From positions 11,180 to 75,179 of the forward strand of contig DRHQ01000069.1 of NCBI GenBank assembly GCA_011049545.1: a stretch of DNA of 64,000 nt, given 5' to 3'. The position numbers and the translations under genes were made by a program. The notes beneath the pieces are model-generated. The model had not been told where the DNA came from, ran no database searches, and worked only from the letters and a program-made list of their open reading frames with translations. This DNA comes from Candidatus Aminicenantes bacterium (GTDB taxonomy: Bacteria > Acidobacteriota > Aminicenantia > Aminicenantales > Aminicenantaceae). The first letter of the stretch is position 1; each line of letters begins with the position of its first letter. Shown in pieces: positions 18,406-28,236 of this stretch.

Positions 18406-20106
18406 ATGAAAAAGACAATCACGCGAAGAAACTTCCTTAAGAAATCATCAAAATTCGTTGCAGCAGCCGGTTTTGGTGGCTGCGGGATCCTGCTTAAAGG
18501 GTGCGCCTTAAAAAAGGATTTTGACCTCATCATAAGGGGAGGCTTTATCTTAGATGGATCAGGAGGAGAAGCGTTTGAAGCTGATGTTGGAATAAGCGGA
18601 GATTACATCAAAGAGATAGGACAAATATTGAGTGTTAGGGGAAAGTCTGTAATCGAAGCAAAAGACTTTGTTGTCTGCCCTGGTTTTATAGATGCTCACG
18701 ATCATACTGATGTAGGGCTCTTGGCCAATCCCAAAGCAGAGAGTGCAATCCGGCAGGGCATCACCACTCTCGTCAGCGGAAACTGTGGTAGTTCGCCTTT
18801 TCCTGTAGCTGAGGAAATATATGAAGAATCCAGGGAAAATTTAAAAGAACTTTTCCAGCTTGATTTAACATGGAGGGATATCAACGGTTTTTTCTCAAGA
18901 CTAGAGGAGAAGGGCATAGCTTTAAATTATTCCACTTTGGTCGGGCAGGGTGCAATCAGGGGAGCTGCGATGGGATTCAATGATCGCCCGCCAAGCCAGG
19001 AAGAACTCGAAAAAATGAAGAAGATGGTGGCCGAGAACATAAAGTCTGGAGCTGTAGGATTATCCTCCGGTCTTGAGTATACACCGGGTAGTTATGCTAA
19101 AGCTGATGAGATAACCGAATTATGCAGGGTTGCTGCCCAATATGGTGGAGTCTATGCCACTCATATGCGGGATGAAGGAGATGAATTGATCGAGAGCCTC
19201 GATGAGTCAATAGAGGCTGCCCGCAAGACTGGTGTGAGTCTTCAGATCTCCCATTATAAAATTGCTTATCCTCAGAATTGGCATAAGATTGATGCTGCTT
19301 TAGCTAAAATTGAAGAGGCAAAAAAAGATGGTATTTCGATATCCTGTGACAGATATCCTTATATAGCTGGGTCAACCGGGCTCAGCTTTTATTTTCCTCT
19401 TTGGGCAAGAGAGGGAACAACTGATGAGTTTTTGGCCAAGCTAAAAGATCCTGCTCTCGAAAGCCGCCTCCGGGCTCATCTCGCCGAACAGGAAAAGAAA
19501 CTTGGATCCTGGGATAAGGTTGTCATTTCATCTGTTGTTACCGAGAAAAACAAAAAATTTGAGGGCAAGAGTGTTCTGGCAGGAGCTAAAGAAACAGGAA
19601 AAAGTCCTTATGATTTTATGAAAGACCTCCTGATAGAAGAAAAAAGCCGGGTTGGTATGGTTATTTTCATGATGAAAGAAGAGAATTTAAAGAGAATTCT
19701 GGCACATCCGCTTGTGGGAGTCGGAACAGATGGCTCGGCTGTTGCTCCCTACGGCATCTTGCATAGAGGAAAGCCACATCCACGGCATTATGGAACTTTT
19801 CCGAGGGTGTTGGGAAAGTACGTTCGAGAAGAAAAAATTGTTCCCCTGCCTGAGATGATGAGAAAAATGACCTCTATACCTGCTCAAAAATTTGGCCTTG
19901 GGAAGAGAGGAGCTCTTAAAAGCGGATATTTTGCCGATATCGTAATATTTGATCAAGATAAAGTTATTGATAAGGCTACTTGGACGGATCCTCATCAATA
20001 TCCAGAGGGAATTGAGTATGTTCTCGTCAATGGAAGGGTAGTTATCAAAGAAGGAGAGCATACTGGAGATTTGCCTGGAAAAGTCTTGAGAAAAGAGAAG
20101 GTTTGA
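18406..20106 (+). CDS. N-acyl-D-amino-acid deacylase (amidohydrolase), Tat signal
   Basis: TRRNFLK; PGFIDAHDH, GNCG, STHMR-like ATHMRDE, ISHYK, GTDG, HPRHYGTFPRVLG. Confidence 0.92.
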   Translation: MKKTITRRNFLKKSSKFVAAAGFGGCGILLKGCALKKDFDLIIRGGFILDGSGGEAFEADVGISGDYIKEIGQILSVRGKSVIEAKDFVVCPGFIDAHDHTDVGLLANPKAESAIRQGITTLVSGNCGSSPFPVAEEIYEESRENLKELFQLDLTWRDINGFFSRLEEKGIALNYSTLVGQGAIRGAAMGFNDRPPSQEELEKMKKMVAENIKSGAVGLSSGLEYTPGSYAKADEITELCRVAAQYGGVYATHMRDEGDELIESLDESIEAARKTGVSLQISHYKIAYPQNWHKIDAALAKIEEAKKDGISISCDRYPYIAGSTGLSFYFPLWAREGTTDEFLAKLKDPALESRLRAHLAEQEKKLGSWDKVVISSVVTEKNKKFEGKSVLAGAKETGKSPYDFMKDLLIEEKSRVGMVIFMMKEENLKRILAHPLVGVGTDGSAVAPYGILHRGKPHPRHYGTFPRVLGKYVREEKIVPLPEMMRKMTSIPAQKFGLGKRGALKSGYFADIVIFDQDKVIDKATWTDPHQYPEGIEYVLVNGRVVIKEGEHTGDLPGKVLRKEKV

Positions 20107-20277
20107 TACTCCCGATTCCATTCCAAGGATCATTTATTTCTATCAGCGGATACAAGATCCGCTTTTTAAGAAGAGGGGAGCGGATTTCCGCTTATGCTCA
20201 TTCATGGCTTGGGTGGATCGTTGGCATTGTGGCAGGTCAACATGGATGCCCTCTCCCAGGAAAATTTAACAAGTTAG
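20103..20277 (+). pseudogene. Frameshifted N-terminal remnant of an alpha/beta-hydrolase
   Basis: ISGYKIRFLRRGE, then after a frameshift GFPLMLIHGLGGSLALWQVNMDALSQENLTS*. This is the typical PxxLIHGxG(G/S)..W start of the fold. Confidence 0.65.
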
Positions 20278-20304
20278 AGCTTGGTTTTTTGAAGTAGTAA
20301 AGCA

Positions 20305-21198
20305 ATGAAAAAAGTCTTCTTACTTTTTCTCCTTTTTATTTATCTGAACCCGATTTTTCTTTTCTCTCTGCAAGAAGAGCAGCTCTTGACTCCCTCTGGA
20401 GTGACTGTAGATTTTGTCTGCAGAGCTTTCAAGCCGGGTGAAGTCATTGTTGTGGCCATAAAAGATGACTCGAGTGTAAAGAATGCTTGGATCCGGTTCT
20501 TAGAAAGAAGATATCCTATGGGGAAAAGCGAAACGAACGCCGGGCTTTTGACTTTCATAGGCCTTGATCTTGGCCTTAAGCCGGGCTCTTATGAGATGGA
20601 AATCTTCATAGATAAGGCGCTGGGTGAAAGGGAGTACATAAAAAAGCAAATTTCTATTCTAGCCAAGGAATTTCCTTTAAAGAAATTGTGGGTAGATGAG
20701 AAATTCGTAACTCCTCCACCGGAATTCAATGAGAGAATAAGAAGGGAAGGGAAAATCCTTAAAGTTATTTATGGAATAACCACTGAGCAGTGGCTGGGAA
20801 AAGGCTTTTTTATCCTTCCTTCTTCGGGAAAAGCCACGCCCAATTTTGGCGAAAGGAGAATCTTTAACAACAAGCCTCGTTCTCCCCATAGGGGGATTGA
20901 CATCAAGGTTCCTTATGGAACACCTGTTAAAGCCTCGAATTCAGGAAGGATTGTTTTGGCGAGTGATCTCTACTTTGCTGGAAAAACAGTTATTATCGAT
21001 CATGGAATGAGTGTCTTTACTATGTACTGTCATTTTTCAAAAATCAGGGTAACGAGGGGCAGGCTGGTCAAGAAGGGAGAAATTATCGGAGAAATAGGAG
21101 CCACAGGCAGAGTGACAGGGCCACACCTTCACTGGGCAGTTAAAGTGTCTGGGATTAGTGTAGACCCTTTTTCTATCTTGAGCCTCACCTTTGAATAA
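20305..21198 (+). CDS. M23-family metallopeptidase
   Basis: Signal peptide; HRGID and HLH zinc motifs, YCHFS. Confidence 0.93.
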   Translation: MKKVFLLFLLFIYLNPIFLFSLQEEQLLTPSGVTVDFVCRAFKPGEVIVVAIKDDSSVKNAWIRFLERRYPMGKSETNAGLLTFIGLDLGLKPGSYEMEIFIDKALGEREYIKKQISILAKEFPLKKLWVDEKFVTPPPEFNERIRREGKILKVIYGITTEQWLGKGFFILPSSGKATPNFGERRIFNNKPRSPHRGIDIKVPYGTPVKASNSGRIVLASDLYFAGKTVIIDHGMSVFTMYCHFSKIRVTRGRLVKKGEIIGEIGATGRVTGPHLHWAVKVSGISVDPFSILSLTFE

Positions 21199-21215
21199 AA
21201 TCTGACGCCATTAAT

Positions 21216-23252
21216 TTATTTCAAGTATTTAGCGAGCCACTCATGGACAGTTTTCCACCAGAGCTCTGCGTTTTGTGGCTTCTGCACAAAATGGTCCTCA
21301 TCAGGAAAATAAAGCATTTTTGATGGGACTTTCATCCTCTGGAGGGAAGTAAAAAATTGAAATCCCTGGGTGACAGGAACTCTAAAATCGTTCTGACCGT
21401 GGATAACCAGACAAGGAGTTTTAAAATTTTTCACATAGAAACTGGGCGACCATTTTTCGTACATCTCCTTGTTAGTCCAGGGAGTTCCTTTTAAATCCCA
21501 TTCCGGAAACCAGAACTCCTCAGTCGCTCCGTGCATGGACCGCAGGTCGTAAACTCCAGCATGGGAAATGAGACAGTTGAACCTGTTGTTATGGCCTTCA
21601 ATCCAGCTGACCATGTACCCGCCGTAAGAGCCACCAGCAGCTGCCAGCCGGTTCTTGTCTAGGAAATCGTACTTTGCGAGAAGGTAATCCAAACCTCCCA
21701 TGATATCCTCATAGGGATTTCCTCCCCAGTCTCCGCTTATTGAATCTGTGAATGATTGACCGTACCCGGTACTGCCGTGGAAGTTGATCATGGCCGTTAC
21801 ATAACCTGGCGCGGCAAACATCTGGGCATTCCAGCGGAAATGGAAATTATCAGACCATGCTCCTTGCGGGCCCCCGTGGATGAGCATAACCAAAGGATAT
21901 TTTTTTGATGGATCAAAGAAAGGAGGCTTGACCAGAAAACCGTGCACTTTATCTCCTTCTGCACCCTCAAACCAGAATTCTTCAGCGCGATTCATCTTTA
22001 GTTTTGAGAGAAGTTTGCTGTTCATCGTAGTCAGTTGATTTAGCTTTTTTGTTCTTAAATCAAGGGAGAAAACTTCTGCAGGCTGATTGATAGCTTGTTT
22101 GAGGAAGACGAGCTTTCTTCCGTCAGGCGTAAGGCTGGGTGAACCGATGTGGTGGCCTTCCAGAATTCTCTCTGTCTTTTTGTTTTTAGGCGAAATTCGG
22201 GCTAAAGAAATTCGGCCTTTTTCTTCAAAAGTGATATAGAGAGAAGTGCTATCATGAGACCAGAGAATTTCATTCACTGATCGATCCAGGTTTTCTGTTA
22301 AGTTTATCTCTTTCTGATTATTTCGGTCATAGAGGATAAGGCTGTATTTGTCCGCTTCAAATCCTGGCCTGGCCATTGCCCTGTAGGCGATATACCGTCC
22401 ATCTGGAGAGTAATGAGGAGAGTTGTCGTTAGCTCTATTCTCTGTGACTCTTTCAATCTTTCCTCCTTGGACGGAAGTTACGAAAAGATCATTGTTTGTT
22501 CCGAGTGAGATTTTCAATTCCGGATCAATATTCCGAACAAAACAGATTTGTTCGCCTTTAGGAGAAAAGGCGTAGTCAAGACGGCTTCCCAGAGAGATGG
22601 GTGGAGTATCGAAGTCACCTGGTGTGACATCGACGGCTTTGCCCCCTTCGGCCGGGACAACAAAAAGATGGCTTCTTTTTCCATCTTGCCATGAATTCCA
22701 GTGCCTAAAAAGCAGATGGTCGAAAATTTGGGCCTTGACCAGACTTTCCTTTTTCTTTTTCTCTTTTTCTTTGTTGCATTCATCGCTCTTACAATCCGGG
22801 TAGATAGAAGAGACAAAAGCCAGGTTTTTTCCGGTTGGGGACCAGGTGACACCACTGGCTCCTGTCGAAATAGTCGTAAGTTGATAGGCTTCTCCTCCCT
22901 TGGGATCGATCATCCATATTTGAGGAGAGTCTTTTCTTGCGGAGATAAATGCAATTTTCTTTCCATCAGGAGACCAGCGAGGATTGCTGTCGGCTTTAGG
23001 GCTTGAGGTGAGTCTCCACGGTTCTCCTCCTCTGGAAGGAATGATCCAGATATCGCTATTGCTTGTGTTTTCCTCTTTATTCATTTCCGTGACTACGAAG
23101 GCGATTAGATCTCCCTTCGGGGAAATTTGAGGATCACTGACTCGCTTGAGGCGAATGAAGTCATCAAAGGTTAGCGGCCTGGTGCTGGGGGCACTCTGGA
23201 TATAAAGGGCTATCAGCAAAAGCATTAAGATGAATATGTTTGTTTTTTTCAT
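21216..23252 (-). CDS. S9 (acylaminoacyl/dipeptidyl) peptidase with PD40 propeller
   Basis: Signal peptide; repeated WSPDG; IHGGP, GGSYGG nucleophile elbow, NDFRV, EDH. Confidence 0.95.
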   Translation of the reverse strand: MKKTNIFILMLLLIALYIQSAPSTRPLTFDDFIRLKRVSDPQISPKGDLIAFVVTEMNKEENTSNSDIWIIPSRGGEPWRLTSSPKADSNPRWSPDGKKIAFISARKDSPQIWMIDPKGGEAYQLTTISTGASGVTWSPTGKNLAFVSSIYPDCKSDECNKEKEKKKKESLVKAQIFDHLLFRHWNSWQDGKRSHLFVVPAEGGKAVDVTPGDFDTPPISLGSRLDYAFSPKGEQICFVRNIDPELKISLGTNNDLFVTSVQGGKIERVTENRANDNSPHYSPDGRYIAYRAMARPGFEADKYSLILYDRNNQKEINLTENLDRSVNEILWSHDSTSLYITFEEKGRISLARISPKNKKTERILEGHHIGSPSLTPDGRKLVFLKQAINQPAEVFSLDLRTKKLNQLTTMNSKLLSKLKMNRAEEFWFEGAEGDKVHGFLVKPPFFDPSKKYPLVMLIHGGPQGAWSDNFHFRWNAQMFAAPGYVTAMINFHGSTGYGQSFTDSISGDWGGNPYEDIMGGLDYLLAKYDFLDKNRLAAAGGSYGGYMVSWIEGHNNRFNCLISHAGVYDLRSMHGATEEFWFPEWDLKGTPWTNKEMYEKWSPSFYVKNFKTPCLVIHGQNDFRVPVTQGFQFFTSLQRMKVPSKMLYFPDEDHFVQKPQNAELWWKTVHEWLAKYLK

Positions 23253-23461
23253 TATTCCTCCTTTTTTTCATTTTCAAGAGATATTCCTACTTAACATAAT
23301 TTCTAGCATATTTTCAATAGGGCTTAGATCAAAAGACCTGATTTTTTTTCTTCTTTTAGGGCGTGGCTTATTATATTAACATCCCATAAAACTCAACTTT
23401 TCTAATTCTAACCTCATTTATAGTGATTCTGTAAAACTCAAATTTTGCAAATCTGACCCCA

Positions 23462-23490
23462 TTGACATACACTTTCTTCGTTTCTATAGT
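23462..23490 (+). promoter_or_regulatory. Sigma70 promoter of the permuted iPGM
   Basis: TTGACA-N17-TATAGT, followed by GAGGA RBS and the ATG at 23515. Confidence 0.7.
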
Positions 23491-23514
23491 ATAGGCTTAA
23501 TATGAGGATAATGG

Positions 23515-25128
23515 ATGGATAAGGATATAAATCTCGCCTGGAATTCTCCTTTAATAAGAAGCATGAAAAAAGCTTATCATGCTGGTCAAGAAGATGAAGC
23601 TTTAGATCCCATGGTCATGGTTGATACCTCAGGCCGGCCTTCGGGAAGACTCGGGAAAGGAGAATATGTCATTTTTTATAACATACGAGGTGAGAGAGAG
23701 GTTGAACTAACCGAGTGTCTCATAAACAGGGATTTCACTCAGTTCCCCGTAGAGAAAAATTTGCACCTGAATTTTGTAACAATGATTGAGTATAATTCCT
23801 CCCTCAAGGTTAGGGTTGCTTTTCCCCCGGAGGGAAGAATCAAGAACACTTTCGCTGAAGTTCTTTCTGAAGCGGGGATAAGCCTCCTCAAGATCTCCGA
23901 ATCTGAAAAAGAAATACATGTCGGTTTTTTCATGAACGGCAAAAGTGATGAGATCTTTCCAGGAGAGGAAAGGATAGTCGTCCCTTCACCCGAGGTAGTT
24001 TCCTCTTATGCTCTCAAGCCTGAGATGAGTGCCAGTCAGGTTACAGGAGAAATATCTTTAAAACTTAATGATCCTTCTTATCGAGCTATTGTGGCCAATC
24101 TGGCAAATGTGGATGTTTTGGGACACATTGATGATAAATCTGCAGCGCTTAAGGCTGTGGAAGAAGTTGACCGCCAGTTAGGAAGGATCATCGAAGATTG
24201 CCGCACTCAGGGCATAACACTTATTGTCACGTCTGATCATGGAACAGTAGAAGAATGGCTCTATTCGGATGGCACGGTAAATACCGGCCATACGAAGAAT
24301 CCAGTTCCTTTTGTGCTTGCAGATTTTTCTGCTGAAGCGCAAGAGAGCTGGGATTTGAAGCGGGAAGGGGAGCTTGCTGATGTTGCTCCAACTCTATTAG
24401 TCCTGCTGGGCCTGGCGAAGCCCGTGGAGATGAGCGGTGAAAGCTTAATCCTTCATTCTCCCCAAGAGGGAAACGAAGAGAGAAGAGTGCTCCTCCTGAT
24501 TCTTGACGGATGGGGAATGAGAGAAAAAAAAGAAGCAAATCTAATTGCTGAAGCTGAGACTCCAAACTTTGATAAACTATGGGCTCATTTTCCCCGTGTC
24601 CTGCTTAAAGCTTCGGGAGAAGCAGTGGGAATGCCATCCAACACTGTGGGCAATTCTGAAGCTGGGCATCTTCATCTAGGGGCTGGAAGGCGAATCCTGC
24701 TTGATCGGGTGAGGATAGACCGAGCCATAGAGGAAGGGAGCTTTTTCCGCAACGAGGCTTTTCTTTGGGCTATGCAGGCGGCTAAAAAAGATCATAAGCC
24801 TCTTCATCTTTTGGGAATTGTTTCTAAGTATAGTTCTCACGGCACTATCAAGCATCTTTTTGCTTTGCTTCGCTTGGCTAAACAGCTCGATGTGAAGCCC
24901 GTTTTCGTTCATTCTTTAATCGGTCGAAGAGGGGAGAAACCTGAGAGCGGTGCAGCTTATGTAGCCAAAGTGGAAGAGATGTGCCAATCTCTTTCCATAG
25001 GTGAAGTCGTCACTGTAATGGGAAGATTCTGGGCATTAGACAGAGAGAAGAACTGGAATCGAGTTGAAAAGGCTTACAGAGCTTTGGTTTATGGTGAGGG
25101 AATTCGTATTTCTCATTACAATAAATAA
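23515..25128 (+). CDS. gpmI: 2,3-bisphosphoglycerate-independent phosphoglycerate mutase, circularly permuted
   Basis: All iPGM motifs present but halves swapped: NIRGER, ESEKE, PEMSA, NVDVLGH, SDHG, GHT come first; LILDGWG, ASGEAVG, GNSEAGH, GAGR, GRFWALDRE follow. Confidence 0.9.
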   Translation: MDKDINLAWNSPLIRSMKKAYHAGQEDEALDPMVMVDTSGRPSGRLGKGEYVIFYNIRGEREVELTECLINRDFTQFPVEKNLHLNFVTMIEYNSSLKVRVAFPPEGRIKNTFAEVLSEAGISLLKISESEKEIHVGFFMNGKSDEIFPGEERIVVPSPEVVSSYALKPEMSASQVTGEISLKLNDPSYRAIVANLANVDVLGHIDDKSAALKAVEEVDRQLGRIIEDCRTQGITLIVTSDHGTVEEWLYSDGTVNTGHTKNPVPFVLADFSAEAQESWDLKREGELADVAPTLLVLLGLAKPVEMSGESLILHSPQEGNEERRVLLLILDGWGMREKKEANLIAEAETPNFDKLWAHFPRVLLKASGEAVGMPSNTVGNSEAGHLHLGAGRRILLDRVRIDRAIEEGSFFRNEAFLWAMQAAKKDHKPLHLLGIVSKYSSHGTIKHLFALLRLAKQLDVKPVFVHSLIGRRGEKPESGAAYVAKVEEMCQSLSIGEVVTVMGRFWALDREKNWNRVEKAYRALVYGEGIRISHYNK

Positions 25129-25236
25129 AATATGGTATAGATGAAAGATCTAACTCAAGAAAGGAAGGATTTCCAATTCCGAGAATATGAAGAGATCAGG
25201 CTGGGTGATTGAGAAAACCGTGAGCAAGGCTGAGCT

Positions 25237-25381
25237 GGGGTCAGACTTTATCATGAAGTGATGTTCAGAGATGATATTTAGCCCAATTCTCAACATGATG
25301 TCAAAGTCTGACCCCGAGCGAAGCCTGTATCCGAGTTCAGAAAAGGGGGACAGTCCCCCTCTAAAAAAGGGGACAGTCCCC
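25237..25381. repeat. REP-like palindromic cluster
   Basis: 13-bp inverted pair GGGGTCAGACTTT (25237-49) / AAAGTCTGACCCC (25303-15), then two tandem GGGGAC-A-GTCCCC palindromes (~25346-58, 25369-81). Confidence 0.7.
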
Positions 25382-25534
25382 TTTTTCTATGAGTGTTTTC
25401 GAAACACCCAGCTTGATCAAACATTATGTTTTCTACCGCGGAAAAAGAAATGCTTGCTTCAAGAAACTTTTTCTTGTAAATTATCGTATTTATTAAAAGA
25501 ACTAAGGATAATATATTAGGATAATAAACAGAAG

Positions 25535-26443
25535 ATGAGCATTGAAATTAAGGATATCCATTTCAGCTACGGAAAAGTGAAAGCTCTGGAAGGAGTAAGT
25601 CTTGATTTGTCTCAAGGAGCTGTTGGTCTTTTGGGCCCCAACGGAGCCGGGAAGAGCACGCTAATTCGTATCCTCCTTGGATTTCTTTCTCCGGATAAGG
25701 GTGGAGGTCGTGTCCTTGGCTATGACATCAAAGATGAACAGCCTAAGATACGGCGCTATGTAGGTTATATGCCCGAAGATGACTGCTTTATTCCCGGATT
25801 GGATGCAGTTTCTTTCACCTCTTATCTTGGCGAGTTATCGGGGATGCCGCGCCAGGAGGCCATGAAGCGCGCTCACGAAGTCCTTTATTATGTAGGTCTT
25901 GAGGAGAGCCGTTACCGTAAGTTAGAGACTTATTCGTCAGGGATGAAACAGAGACTCAAGCTCGCCCAGGCACTTGTCCATGATCCTAAACTTATTTTTC
26001 TCGATGAGCCCACAACCGGCTTAGATCCAAATGGGAGAAGGGAAGTATTGGAACTTATAATGGATATCTCTTCAAAGAAAGATATTCAAGTCTTGATCTC
26101 TTCTCACATTCTTCCCGATATAGAATTGACCTGTAGTTATGTGGTGATTTTAAACAAAGGGAAACTTGCAGCCCAGGGCGATATCAGCGAACTGAAAGAA
26201 ATAAGAGATCTTTATGAAATGAAATTAAAAGGTGAAACTGGCGGTTTCCTCCGTAGGTTTAAGGATATGAAGTGTAAACTGGAAGAAACGGAAGAGGGAA
26301 TTTTTAAGGTTTACTGGCCCCCTGATCAAGACAGGCAGGAAATTTTCAGGATTGCTGCTGAAGAAAAGATTCAACTAAGACATTTTGTAAAAAGCGAGAC
26401 TTCACTCGAAGATCTATTTGCTGAAGTAGTAGGAGTGGATTAA
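25535..26443 (+). CDS. ABC transporter ATP-binding protein
   Basis: GPNGAGKS, YSSGMKQR signature, LDEP, SSH. Confidence 0.96.
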   Translation: MSIEIKDIHFSYGKVKALEGVSLDLSQGAVGLLGPNGAGKSTLIRILLGFLSPDKGGGRVLGYDIKDEQPKIRRYVGYMPEDDCFIPGLDAVSFTSYLGELSGMPRQEAMKRAHEVLYYVGLEESRYRKLETYSSGMKQRLKLAQALVHDPKLIFLDEPTTGLDPNGRREVLELIMDISSKKDIQVLISSHILPDIELTCSYVVILNKGKLAAQGDISELKEIRDLYEMKLKGETGGFLRRFKDMKCKLEETEEGIFKVYWPPDQDRQEIFRIAAEEKIQLRHFVKSETSLEDLFAEVVGVD

Positions 26444-27312
26444 TGACTATCAAAGAGAAAGGTTACAGCCATTGGGACGGAGAATTTATTGTCAAAAAGT
26501 TTCCTTGGTGGCCGATCACCAGGTATGGGATTAAGCTAACCTTCATGAGAAGGTTCTTTAAGTTTACCCTCCCTATGAGTCTTCTTCCTGCCGTATTCTT
26601 TCTAACCGGAATATATATTTCAGAGAGATTAGAGGATTTCCCCTTCTTAAGAGGAGAAACCTCACAGTTCCTTCAGATTAACCCGGGCTATTTTAAAACG
26701 TATTTCACTCTGGGTTTTATGCTTTTTATTATGCTCATGATAGTGATTTTCTGTGGTGCAAGTCTTATCAGCGATGATCTCAAACATAATTCTCTTCAAC
26801 TGTATTTTTCTCGGCCCATAAAGAAAAAAGACTATTTGTTGGGAAAGATCGCTGTTATTGTCTTCTTCTTATTTATTATTACCCTGATTCCCGGCCTCGT
26901 CTTTTTTATCATGAAGCTTGTTTTCTCAGGCAGTCTCAAATTTTTTCTCTCCTACCCTTGGCTTCCTCTTTCGATCATCGCCTATTCGATCATCGTAACT
27001 GGATTTTTCTCGTTTTATGCACTTCTTCTCTCCTCTTTGAGTAAAAACAGCAGATTAGTGGCTATTCTTATTTTTGGAATTTACATGCTCTCTGACATTA
27101 TTTATTTGATTTTTCGCTCGGAATTCCGGAGTCACTATTTTTCGCTTGTTTCCCTGAGAGCGAATCTGCAGCAGGTGGGTGCCCATATTTTTGGTCAGAA
27201 AACTCCGTATGATATCCCCTGGATTTTTTCCTTCCTGGTTCTTTTATGTATTTGTGTTTTAGCTGGTTTTGTTTTGAAAAGTAAAGTCAAGGGAGTTGAA
27301 GTTATAAAATGA
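26443..27312 (+). CDS. ABC-2 type transporter permease
   Basis: About 6 hydrophobic helices; LQLYFSRPIKKKDYLLGK motif. Confidence 0.88.
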   Translation: MTIKEKGYSHWDGEFIVKKFPWWPITRYGIKLTFMRRFFKFTLPMSLLPAVFFLTGIYISERLEDFPFLRGETSQFLQINPGYFKTYFTLGFMLFIMLMIVIFCGASLISDDLKHNSLQLYFSRPIKKKDYLLGKIAVIVFFLFIITLIPGLVFFIMKLVFSGSLKFFLSYPWLPLSIIAYSIIVTGFFSFYALLLSSLSKNSRLVAILIFGIYMLSDIIYLIFRSEFRSHYFSLVSLRANLQQVGAHIFGQKTPYDIPWIFSFLVLLCICVLAGFVLKSKVKGVEVIK

Positions 27313-28235
27313 AGCCGATTGTCGAAACCAAAAACCTTTCCAAATGGTACGGGAATGTTCTGGGGCTGAGTGACGTCACCCTCCAGATTGAGCCTGGGAT
27401 TACAGGGATTCTGGGGCCAAACGGTGCAGGGAAATCCACTTTTTTAAAGCTCATAACCGGACAGATAAAGCCAAACATCGGTACTGTTAGAATAAAAGGA
27501 CAAGAAATTAGGAACAATTACAACTTATTCTCCATCATAGGATTCTGTCCAGAACAGGATTTCTTCTATGATGAGATGACGGGCTGGCAGTTTGTTACCA
27601 GTCTTTTAAAACTTCATCATTTTTCTGAACCTGATGTAGAAACCAGAGCTCAAAAAGCTCTGGAAATCGTTAAATTGGTCGAAGATAAAGATAGAGTTAT
27701 CAGGTCTTACAGCCGTGGTATGCGTCAGAGGCTAAAATTTGCGCAGGCTATTGCCCATGATCCGGAAATTATCGTCCTTGACGAACCCTTGAGCGGCCTT
27801 GATCCTCTGGGAAGGCGGAAGATTATTCACCTTATAAAATCATATAAGGGAGAGGGAAGAACTATCATCGTCTCAAGCCATGTCCTGCCTGAAATCGAAG
27901 CTATGACCAAGCGGATTATTCTTATCCATCAGGGTAAGATTTTTGCCCAAGGTGATATTCATTACATCCGGGATCTGATCGATACTCATCCCCATATTAT
28001 ATCTATTAAGTGCAGTAATGCCCGCCAGCTCGCCTCGAAATTCATTCAACAAGACTATGTTTTGAAAGTTCATTTCGGCTCGTCGAATGATTCTCTTCTT
28101 ATCGAGACAAATAACAGGGATAAGTTATTCAGCCTTTTGCCCTCTCTTTTTATAGAGAACAAAATCAAAGTGGACGAAATCACATCGCCTGATGACAACC
28201 TTCAGGCCGTTTTTGATTATTTAGTAGGAAGGTAG
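27309..28235 (+). CDS. ABC transporter ATP-binding protein
   Basis: GPNGAGKS, YSRGMRQR, LDEP, SSH. Confidence 0.96.
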   Translation: MKPIVETKNLSKWYGNVLGLSDVTLQIEPGITGILGPNGAGKSTFLKLITGQIKPNIGTVRIKGQEIRNNYNLFSIIGFCPEQDFFYDEMTGWQFVTSLLKLHHFSEPDVETRAQKALEIVKLVEDKDRVIRSYSRGMRQRLKFAQAIAHDPEIIVLDEPLSGLDPLGRRKIIHLIKSYKGEGRTIIVSSHVLPEIEAMTKRIILIHQGKIFAQGDIHYIRDLIDTHPHIISIKCSNARQLASKFIQQDYVLKVHFGSSNDSLLIETNNRDKLFSLLPSLFIENKIKVDEITSPDDNLQAVFDYLVGR

Positions 28236-28236
28236 G

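Noticed and set aside
25271-25519. 82-aa ORF containing KGDSP/KGTVPF
   Set aside because: Translation of the REP palindromes, not a gene.
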